Positions 19,594 to 27,333 of a stretch of DNA of 64,000 nucleotides are shown piece by piece. A program made the translations under genes and the position numbers. The notes under the pieces were generated by a model. That model did not search any database. It was not told where the DNA came from and saw only the letters and a list, made by a program, of their open reading frames with translations. The DNA is taken from assembly GCA_038212275.1 (NCBI GenBank), contig JBBQUR010000008.1, positions 159,427 through 223,426 on the forward strand. Reading direction: 5' to 3'. How positions within the stretch are numbered: position 1 is the first letter of the stretch; each line of letters starts with the position of its first letter. This DNA comes from Planctomycetota bacterium. Its GTDB lineage: Bacteria > Planctomycetota > B15-G4.

Positions 19594-20727
19594 TCAGCGC
19601 GGCGCGTCGCGATACTCGGAGTGGCAGGACTTGCACGAGCTCTGGAGCGACTTGTAGTTGGCCTCGAGCTCTTCCTTCGACGCACTCGACAGCAGCTTCT
19701 GCTCCAGCGCGCTGGCCTGCGCGAGGGCGGCGGCAAGTTTCTCGCCGAAGCCGTCGCCGAGGTCGCGCGCTTCCTCGGACTGGCTGCCGAAGCGCAGGTT
19801 GTCGGCGAGCTGACCGGCTTCCGCCGCGGGGACGAGGTCCGGGTGTTCCGTGGGCACGGCCCACGACGCGGCGCGGATCGCGCCGAGATGATCGAAGGCG
19901 ACGTCCACGTTGACCATCGCCGCCACCAGCCCGGCGGGTTTCGCGACGCTCGGGAAGTCGGACGGCACGCCGTCGATCGCGGCCTTGTCGGCAGGCTTCG
20001 CGCCTGCAACGCAGGCATACAGGCCGGTGTAGTTGGCTGCCGTGCCCGCCAGTTTCATGAAGGCGACGCCTTCCTCCGGCGTCATCGTGCCGAGCAGCAC
20101 CTCAGCCGAGGCCACCGCCGCGGGGCCGCGGTGCTTGCCGTGGTGGCAGTGCATGTAGATCGGACCCGGGAGGTCGCGGACCGCCTTGGCGATCTCGAGC
20201 TGCTGCTCCGGAGTGACCTCGGCATAGGTCACGGGGATGTGCACGTAGCGCATGCCGTGGGCTTCGGCCTGCTTCACATCCGGGGCCGAACCATCCACGG
20301 TCAGGATGGTCTTCACGCCCAGGGCTTGCAGTTCCTCGAAGGCCTGTTCGTTCTCCGGTGCTGCGCCGCTGAGCACGCGGTCGCCCACGCGGAAGACATT
20401 CTCGAGGGACTTCAAGCCCGTCACCGGCACGCCAACGCTTGCGGACGCCGCCGCCGGGGAACCGCCAGCCGCAGGAGCTGCCGCTCCGGCTGCCGCCTTG
20501 GGCGTCGCCACGGCAGGCACCCCCTGCTTCGCCGCCGCGGCAACCGCGGCAACCGCGGCAGGCGCCGCGGCCACTGCGGCAGGTGCCGCGGCCGCTGCTG
20601 CTTCAGGCTTCGCGGCCTTGTCGCCCATCGGAGCCTTGATGCCCGGCTCATCACCCGTGACCTTGGAGGAGCACGCTGCAAGTACGGCGAGCACGGAGGC
20701 GAAGGCGACGCTGCGGATCGTGGTCAT
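19594..20727 (-). CDS. Lipoprotein: CX5R phosphatase/DUF442 sulfurtransferase-like domain fused to a C-terminal cytochrome c' (class II) domain
   Basis: Lipobox LAAC; Ala-rich linker; LGVKTILTVDG, HCHHGKHRG; terminal CKSCH after helical region. Confidence 0.8.
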   Translation of the reverse strand: MTTIRSVAFASVLAVLAACSSKVTGDEPGIKAPMGDKAAKPEAAAAAAPAAVAAAPAAVAAVAAAAKQGVPAVATPKAAAGAAAPAAGGSPAAASASVGVPVTGLKSLENVFRVGDRVLSGAAPENEQAFEELQALGVKTILTVDGSAPDVKQAEAHGMRYVHIPVTYAEVTPEQQLEIAKAVRDLPGPIYMHCHHGKHRGPAAVASAEVLLGTMTPEEGVAFMKLAGTAANYTGLYACVAGAKPADKAAIDGVPSDFPSVAKPAGLVAAMVNVDVAFDHLGAIRAASWAVPTEHPDLVPAAEAGQLADNLRFGSQSEEARDLGDGFGEKLAAALAQASALEQKLLSSASKEELEANYKSLQSSCKSCHSEYRDAPR

Positions 20728-20864
20728 CGAGAGCTCATCCGGAAATGACAGCCCGGAGATCGTCCACATGGCTCCCAGCCGTGTCGACGCCTTCGGGCCC
20801 GGCGAAACGCACGACCTGCGTCCGCAGGACAGCGCCCTTCGGCGGTCGGTCGAGCCGGACGAGC

Positions 20865-21584
20865 TCAATGGGCCGCCCCGCGCACCTTGCGCGCCTTCAG
20901 ATTGAGCAGCTCCACGAGCAGCGAGAAGGCCATCGCGAAGTAGATGTAGCCCTTGGGGATGTGCTGGCCGAGGCCGTCCGCGACGAGCATCACGCCGATG
21001 AGCAGGAGGAATGAGAGGGCCAGCATCTTGATGGTCGGGTTGTGCTCGACGAAGTCCCCCACCGCTCGGGCGAAAAGGAGCATCACGCCCACGGCCAGCA
21101 CGACCGCAGCCACCATGATGGCCAGTTCCGAGGCCATGCCGACGGCCGTGATGACCGAGTCGAGCGAAAACACGATGTCGAGCACCATGATCTGGGCGAT
21201 GACCGCGCGGAAGCTCGGCGCCCGCCGGCTGGCTGCCATGGCCGGGGTCTCGCCCTCCACTCGCTCGTGGATCTCGAAGGTGGCCTTGGCGATCAGGAAC
21301 AGGCCGCCGACGAGCAGGATGAGATCGCGGCCGGAGAGCTCGTGACCGAAGGGCGCGAAGAGCGGCGCCGTGAGGCGCATCACCCAGCTCAGCGCAAACA
21401 GCAGCGCGATGCGCATGAGCATCGCGCCCCCCATGCCCAATCTCCGCGCCCGGCCGCGCACATCCGCCGGCAGCTTTCCGGTCAGGATGCTGATGAAGAC
21501 GATGTTGTCGATGCCGAGCACGATCTCGAGCGCTGTCAGCGTGGCCAGGGCGATCAGGTTCCCGGCGGTGAAGAGCTCACTCAC
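20865..21584 (-). CDS. TerC family membrane protein
   Basis: LEIVLGIDN, RDLILLVGGLFL, DIVFSLDSVITAVG, PKGYIYFAMAFS. Confidence 0.93.
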   Translation of the reverse strand: MSELFTAGNLIALATLTALEIVLGIDNIVFISILTGKLPADVRGRARRLGMGGAMLMRIALLFALSWVMRLTAPLFAPFGHELSGRDLILLVGGLFLIAKATFEIHERVEGETPAMAASRRAPSFRAVIAQIMVLDIVFSLDSVITAVGMASELAIMVAAVVLAVGVMLLFARAVGDFVEHNPTIKMLALSFLLLIGVMLVADGLGQHIPKGYIYFAMAFSLLVELLNLKARKVRGAAH

Positions 21585-21600
21585 GAACGCAGCCCTCGAG

Positions 21601-21648
21601 AAAAGGTCGGAGCACGGCTGCGCGCGGGATGCGCGCAGCCGTGCTCCG
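21601..21648 (-). terminator. Probable intrinsic terminator (perfect 18-bp stem)
   Basis: CGGAGCACGGCTGCGCGC (21608-21625) / GCGCGCAGCCGTGCTCCG (21631-21648), then ACCTTTT on the minus strand, downstream of the 21695 gene. Confidence 0.6.
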
Positions 21649-21694
21649 CATGATCAGAGACGATCTCCGGGCGCCGCACAAGCGACGCGGCAGG

Positions 21695-23890
21695 TCACTG
21701 CACGTCGAGCGTCAGCACGTTGGCCAGCTTGACGAGGTGCAGCGGGCCGGTGGTGACGTCGGCACCCGCGATGACCAGCGTCAGCCCCGAGAGCTCGACC
21801 GGCACCGCGAGCGTGACGTCCGCGTTGCCGTTCCCGTCGATGGGCAGCGGGCCGACCAGCACCGGCTCGGACAGCGGCACGCCGCCCACGCTGATGAGTG
21901 CCGCGATGGCGAAGTTCGAGCCGCCACGGAACTGCAGGTCGAAGTTCTCGGTGACCACCGGCGCCAGCTTGCTGGACGACAGGTTCACGCCGGCCGGGCC
22001 GATCGTCGACGCACCGAGCAGGTTGCCGCCCGGACCCGGCACCTGGATGCCCAGCGCCGCGTTGCGCGTGCCCGGGGCCACCGTGCTGGTGAAGCCGAAG
22101 TTGTAGAGCGTCCCGAACTCGAGCGGGCCGCCGACCTTGTCGCCCGCGAGGAAGACGTCCGGGAAGGTCCAGGTCAGGTTGCCGCCGGAGACCGCGGGCA
22201 CCCAGTCGTTGCCGGCCTGGTCGTCCACGTCGTGGAAGTAGAAGTCGCTGGCCGCGCCGCCGCCCGTGGGCACCGAGAAGCTGCGCACCTTGCGGTCGAG
22301 GCTCCAGTTGAACAGCGCGTACTCGTAGCGCCACTGGCCGCCACCGAGGTCGGCCGTCTGCACGGCGAGGATCACGTCACCGTCGCTCGGCGCGAGGCCG
22401 GCCTGCGTGCGCATCTCGCCGTAGCGATTGATCGCCGGACCGCTGATCAGGGGGTTGCCGCTCGCCGCCGGCGTGGAGAACGACCAGCTGCTGTTGCCGG
22501 CGTTCGGAACCATGAGGCACTTCTTGCTGCCGATGTTGTTGCTGATGTCGGCGTCCTGCTGGACCATGTACATGGCCTCGTAGAAGTACTCCGCCCCCGG
22601 GTTGTTCAGGTCGGCGTCGAAGGCCTCGAGCCGGTGAGCCACCCCGTCCAGGCCGTTGCCGTTCTGGCTGCGCACGCAATCCACCGGGATGCCGTCGAAG
22701 TAGCTGCCGAGGCAGGTCCAGTGGTTGGTGAAGGCGTTGAACTCGCTGCGCGGCCCGAGCCACGTGCGGTCACCGTTGTTGGTAGTGCCGTAGGTGTCCG
22801 AGCAGCCGATGCCGAGGAACAATCCCTGCGCGCTGCCGCCCTGGCACGGCGTGCACTGGCTGTTGGCCAGCGCGAAGAAGCCGTGCTTGATCCACGAGAC
22901 ACCCACCTGCTCGAAACGCAGGCCGCTCTGGCGGTACAGCTGCATCGCGATGCCGGGGTGGTTCTCGTTCATGGCCGCGAGCCAGGTCACCGTGTTCGTG
23001 CCGTTGTTGCACGAGGTCGTGGACATCGAGAGGCCCACCCGGCCGGAGCCGAAGCTGCCCACGTGTCCCAGCGACGTGATGCCCGACAGCAGGCCGAGCC
23101 GCACGTCGATGGCCGCATCACCGGGGTTGCCGGAGTCTCCGGGACCCGTGCCTGCGTAGGGCGTGAAGGGGTTCTGCCCCGCCGGATACTGCCACGGGTC
23201 GGCCCAGCCGGTCGCGTTGCCCTCCACCTTGCCGGTGGCCAGGATCACGCCGGCAAGTTCGGGCTTGCCGAGCTTGGCCGCGAGCTTGTCGCTGATGAGC
23301 ATGTCCCAGGACTTGATCAGCAGCAGCGGCTGCGGGTGGTCGCCCGGGCTCGACGGCTGCTGGTACTGGATGCCGTCGATCGCGAACTGGATCTTCACGT
23401 TGCGCAGGATCAGGTCGTTGTCCGGCTTGCCCGTCGGCGAGTAGGCGGACACGGCGAAGTAGTCGGGGTCCGGAGCGCCGGCCGGGCCGTCGTTGCGCAC
23501 CTCGAAGGGATGCACGACGAAGTTGTGGAAGTCCACGCTCCTGCCCGTGACGTTCGAGACGAGGCGGAAGCCGCCGATCGCGCGGAGCGAGCCGCCGAGG
23601 ATGCCGTACGGCACGAAGCCGGAGTTGCTGCCGCTGAGGAAGAGGAGGTTGGAGCTGCCGTCGATCGCGAAGCTCACGAGCGGCTGCTCGTAGAGTTCCG
23701 TCAGCGAGTCCCCCACATCGGCCGTGGTGTCCATCTCGACCAGCGAGAGGTCGGCCGTGTCGAGCACGGACTGCTCGAAGTGGATCACCACGCGGCCGCC
23801 GTCGACGCTCCACGCGTCGTACTGTGCCGCCGCAGCGACAGGCCATGCAGCCAGAACGATCCCGGACACGAGAAGACGGGACAACAGCAT
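21695..23890 (-). CDS. Secreted multi-domain hypothetical protein with Cys-rich core (possible remote lysyl-oxidase-like domain)
   Basis: AGGAG SD; signal peptide ending AAAA-Q; STTSCN, WIKHGFFAL, GCSDTY motifs. Confidence 0.8.
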   Translation of the reverse strand: MLLSRLLVSGIVLAAWPVAAAAQYDAWSVDGGRVVIHFEQSVLDTADLSLVEMDTTADVGDSLTELYEQPLVSFAIDGSSNLLFLSGSNSGFVPYGILGGSLRAIGGFRLVSNVTGRSVDFHNFVVHPFEVRNDGPAGAPDPDYFAVSAYSPTGKPDNDLILRNVKIQFAIDGIQYQQPSSPGDHPQPLLLIKSWDMLISDKLAAKLGKPELAGVILATGKVEGNATGWADPWQYPAGQNPFTPYAGTGPGDSGNPGDAAIDVRLGLLSGITSLGHVGSFGSGRVGLSMSTTSCNNGTNTVTWLAAMNENHPGIAMQLYRQSGLRFEQVGVSWIKHGFFALANSQCTPCQGGSAQGLFLGIGCSDTYGTTNNGDRTWLGPRSEFNAFTNHWTCLGSYFDGIPVDCVRSQNGNGLDGVAHRLEAFDADLNNPGAEYFYEAMYMVQQDADISNNIGSKKCLMVPNAGNSSWSFSTPAASGNPLISGPAINRYGEMRTQAGLAPSDGDVILAVQTADLGGGQWRYEYALFNWSLDRKVRSFSVPTGGGAASDFYFHDVDDQAGNDWVPAVSGGNLTWTFPDVFLAGDKVGGPLEFGTLYNFGFTSTVAPGTRNAALGIQVPGPGGNLLGASTIGPAGVNLSSSKLAPVVTENFDLQFRGGSNFAIAALISVGGVPLSEPVLVGPLPIDGNGNADVTLAVPVELSGLTLVIAGADVTTGPLHLVKLANVLTLDVQ

Positions 23891-24177
23891 GAAGGAACTC
23901 CTGGGTGGAGGGTCTGTGAGACTTGCCGGAGGACACGGAGATCGTCGGGCGACCCGGAGAGACGGATCACCCGCCGCAAGGTGCCGGCGCATGCCGCCGG
24001 GTCACCCGAGGGACGGGTCGCGAAGTGTAGGGTCTCTGCGGCGAAGCGGCTACCCGGCAGCTTCGAAGAAGCAAATCAATTGCGACGCGCCGTGCGGCCC
24101 GCGCAGGCGCATCGCCGGATTGATCGCGGCGGCGAGGTGCCTAGAGTACGCCGCTCCCGCACCCGGACGCGTCCCCG

Positions 24178-26391
24178 ATGCCATCCCGCAGACCGCGTTC
24201 GTCCTCCGCCGTCGACAAGCCGCGCAAGGCCCCTGCGGCGACGGCGCTCGGGAAGCTGACCGTCACGCCCGCGGCGAAGCGGCTGCTCGCGGGCCTCAAC
24301 GCCGACCAGGCGCAGGCCGTCACCACGACGTCGGGCCCGCTGCTCGTGCTCGCCGGCGCCGGCACCGGCAAGACGCGCGTCATCACGGTGCGCATCGCCT
24401 ACATGCTGGCGTGCGGCCTGTCGCCGGAGCACGTGCTCGCGGTCACCTTCACCAACAAGGCCGCGAAGGAGATGAAGGAGCGCCTGGGGAAGCTCGTCGG
24501 CCGCGACGCGGCGGCGGCGCTGACCGTCGGCACCTTCCACGGTTTCTGCCTGCGCACGCTGCGCGAGTTCGGCGAGGCGCTCGGGCTGCCGCGCCAGCTC
24601 GCGATCTGCGATGCATCCGACCAGCTCGCCACGCTCAAGGGCGTGCTGCGCGACCTGCGCGTGCCCGAGACCACGCTGCACCCCTCGGCGCTGCAGTCCG
24701 CCATCTCGCTCGCGAAGAACCGCCTGCAGACGCCGGACACGTTCGGGCGCGGCGGGCCGGCCGGCGGCGCGAGCAGCGGCGCGGCCGGACGTGGCGGCGG
24801 CGGGCCGCGCGAGACCGCACGCCAGCGGCGCGGCACGCACGATGCCCTCATCGCGCGCGCCTGGGAGCGCTACGACGAGCAGCTGCGCCGCACGCGCGCA
24901 CTGGACTTCGACGATCTGCTGATCTTCACGGTGCGCCTGCTCGCCGAGCGCCCCGAGGTGCTCGCCGCGCTGCAGGACCGCTTCCACCACGTGCTCGTGG
25001 ACGAGTATCAGGACACCAACGCCCCGCAGTACCAGATCGTGCAGCGGCTCGCCGCGCGGCACAGGAACCTCTGTGTCGTCGGCGATGATGACCAGTCCAT
25101 CTACGGCTGGCGCGGCGCGGACGTCTCCAAGATCCTGGGCTTCAAGGACGACTTCCCCGACGCGCACGTCGTGCGCCTGCAGACCAACTACCGCAGCACG
25201 GCGCAGATCCTGACCGCCGCGAACACGGTCATCGCGCACAACCCCGACCGCCACGACAAGCAGCTGCACTCCGCGCTGGGCGATGGCGATTCCCCGACCG
25301 TGAAACCGGTGGAAGACGAGGCCGCGGAAGCGGACCACATCGTGCGCGACATCGTGTCGCTGCGCGAGCGCGGCGCTCAGCCGGGAGAGTTCGCCATCCT
25401 CGTGCGGGCCGCCGTGCAGACGCGCGCCTTCGAGGCGGCGCTGCGCGCGGCGGGCCAGCCCTACGTGCTCGTCGGCGGGCCGTCCTTCTTCGACCGCAAG
25501 GAGGTGCGCGACGTGCTCGCCTACCTGCGGCTGCTGGCCAACCCCGACGACGAGGTCTCGCTGCTGCGCATCATCAACTGCCCTGCGCGCGGCATCGGCA
25601 AGGCCTCCATCGACAAACTCATCGCGTGGGCCACCGAGCACGGCGTGTCCTTCGGCCGCGCGGTGGATGCCGCGGCCACCGTGCCCGACGTGCCGCCCGT
25701 CGCCGTGCAGGCCGGCCTCGCGCTGCGGGCGACGCTGGCGGAACTGGGGCGCGCCGATCCCGGCAAGGGCCTCGTCGCGCACGTCCGCAAGCTGCTCGCG
25801 GCGGTGGACTACCGCGTGGAGATCGACCGGCTCTACACCGAGGCGAAGATCCGCGAGGAACGCTGGTCGGCCGTCGAGGAAGTCGTGAACTTCGCGGAGA
25901 ATTACGTGCGGCGCGCGGCGGCCCCGACGCTGGCGGAGTTCCTGCAGCGCGTCGCGCTCAATGCCGAGGACGACCGCGACGACGACAAGGGCACCGCCGC
26001 CGACGGCACGCGCAGCGCGATCACGATCATGACGCTGCACGCAGCCAAGGGCCTGGAGTTTCCGCGCGTCTACCTCGTGGGCGTCGAGGAGGGCCTGCTC
26101 CCCCACCAGCGTTCGGTGGACACCGACACCGTGGACGAGGAGCGGCGGCTCATGTACGTCGGCATCACGCGCGCGCAGCACCAGCTCACGCTGACCTTCT
26201 GCGGCTCGCGCGCGAAGTACGGCCAGCGCGTGCCGTCGATGCCGAGCCGCTTCCTGTTCGAGATGACCGGCCGGCAGCCGCCGGTGCAGTGGCATCCCGC
26301 GCAGCCCGCCGACGCGCAGGGCAAGCGTCGCGGCAAGCGCGGCTCTCGTCCCGGCTCCGCCTCCGGACTGGCCGACAAGCCCCCGGCCTGA
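24178..26391 (+). CDS. UvrD/Rep/PcrA family SF1A DNA helicase
   Basis: LAGAGTGKT, TFTNKAA, VDEYQDTN, VGDDDQSIYGWRGA, NYRS, TLHAAKGLEF, EERRLMYVGITRA. Confidence 0.96.
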   Translation: MPSRRPRSSSAVDKPRKAPAATALGKLTVTPAAKRLLAGLNADQAQAVTTTSGPLLVLAGAGTGKTRVITVRIAYMLACGLSPEHVLAVTFTNKAAKEMKERLGKLVGRDAAAALTVGTFHGFCLRTLREFGEALGLPRQLAICDASDQLATLKGVLRDLRVPETTLHPSALQSAISLAKNRLQTPDTFGRGGPAGGASSGAAGRGGGGPRETARQRRGTHDALIARAWERYDEQLRRTRALDFDDLLIFTVRLLAERPEVLAALQDRFHHVLVDEYQDTNAPQYQIVQRLAARHRNLCVVGDDDQSIYGWRGADVSKILGFKDDFPDAHVVRLQTNYRSTAQILTAANTVIAHNPDRHDKQLHSALGDGDSPTVKPVEDEAAEADHIVRDIVSLRERGAQPGEFAILVRAAVQTRAFEAALRAAGQPYVLVGGPSFFDRKEVRDVLAYLRLLANPDDEVSLLRIINCPARGIGKASIDKLIAWATEHGVSFGRAVDAAATVPDVPPVAVQAGLALRATLAELGRADPGKGLVAHVRKLLAAVDYRVEIDRLYTEAKIREERWSAVEEVVNFAENYVRRAAAPTLAEFLQRVALNAEDDRDDDKGTAADGTRSAITIMTLHAAKGLEFPRVYLVGVEEGLLPHQRSVDTDTVDEERRLMYVGITRAQHQLTLTFCGSRAKYGQRVPSMPSRFLFEMTGRQPPVQWHPAQPADAQGKRRGKRGSRPGSASGLADKPPA

Positions 26392-27213
26392 TCAGCCGCG
26401 CGAGCCCCCGCTCCGGGCCACCGGCGCAGCGGGCACGCCCGCAACCGCCGACCCGGCGGACGGCGCCCTGCCGGGGGCCTCGATGACTTCGCGGATGGGA
26501 ATGCGAATGGCCCGCTGGCGCATCCACGCCACCGCGATGAGGTCCTTGGTTGCGCGCCAGGCGCGGTTGCGCAGGCCGTACTTGCTCGTGCCGGCCGTGC
26601 GCGGGTGGTGGCTGACGCCGTGCTCGATGACGTCGTAACCGTGGTAGCGCAGCAGCGTCGGCAGGAAGCGGTGCATGCCCTCGAAGAGCGGGATGGACTG
26701 GATGGCCTCGGTGCGGAAGACCTTCAGCGAGCAGCCGGTGTCGCGCACGGAGTCGTGCGTCACCCGGTTGCGGATGCGGTTGGCCAGCTTGCTGCTCCAG
26801 CGGCGCACGGCCGTGTCCATGCGCTTCATGCGGAAGCCCACGACCGCGTCGTGGCCGGGCAGCAGCGCGAGCATCGCAGGAATGTCGCCAGGATCGTTCT
26901 GCATGTCGGCGTCCAGAGTCGCGACGACCGGCGCGCGCGCCGCGCGGATTCCCGCCGCCATCGCCGCCGTCTGCCCGCAGTTGCGCTCGAAGATCACGCC
27001 GCGCACGCGCGGGTCACGCGCCGCCAGCTCGCGGATGATCTCGATGGAGCGATCCGTGCTGCCGTCGTCCACCAGCACGAACTCGAAGGGCAGGCGCCCG
27101 TCGAAGATCTCGACGACGCGTGCGTAGAGCGGCCCCAGGTTCTCCTGCTCGTTTCGCACGGGCGCCACCAGCGTGAGTTGCGGAACGGGCGGCAACGGGG
27201 ACGTCTCCGGCAC
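26392..27213 (-). CDS. GT2 polyprenol-phosphate glycosyltransferase (DPM1/ArnC-like)
   Basis: PVRNEQENL, VDDGSTD, RNCGQTAA, DADMQNDP, DTGCSLK, GMHRFLP. Confidence 0.92.
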   Translation of the reverse strand: MPETSPLPPVPQLTLVAPVRNEQENLGPLYARVVEIFDGRLPFEFVLVDDGSTDRSIEIIRELAARDPRVRGVIFERNCGQTAAMAAGIRAARAPVVATLDADMQNDPGDIPAMLALLPGHDAVVGFRMKRMDTAVRRWSSKLANRIRNRVTHDSVRDTGCSLKVFRTEAIQSIPLFEGMHRFLPTLLRYHGYDVIEHGVSHHPRTAGTSKYGLRNRAWRATKDLIAVAWMRQRAIRIPIREVIEAPGRAPSAGSAVAGVPAAPVARSGGSRG

Positions 27214-27333
27214 GGAACTGCTTTCCTCGCTGCGACATCGTGGAACATCGTGGCCGACCGCGCCAGCCTGGGCTGCCGTGCGCCGCCGTGGAGTCGCTGC
27301 GTTGCCGTGCTCGCGCACCACGCAGCACCCGGA

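Noticed and set aside
21585..21694. yybP-ykoY manganese riboswitch upstream of TerC
   Set aside because: No GGGGAGTA/CGTCA-type core; only a simple terminator-like hairpin
24178..26391. Helicase as part of an anti-phage defence system
   Set aside because: Ordinary Rep/PcrA-type sequence with no adjacent nuclease or ATPase partner
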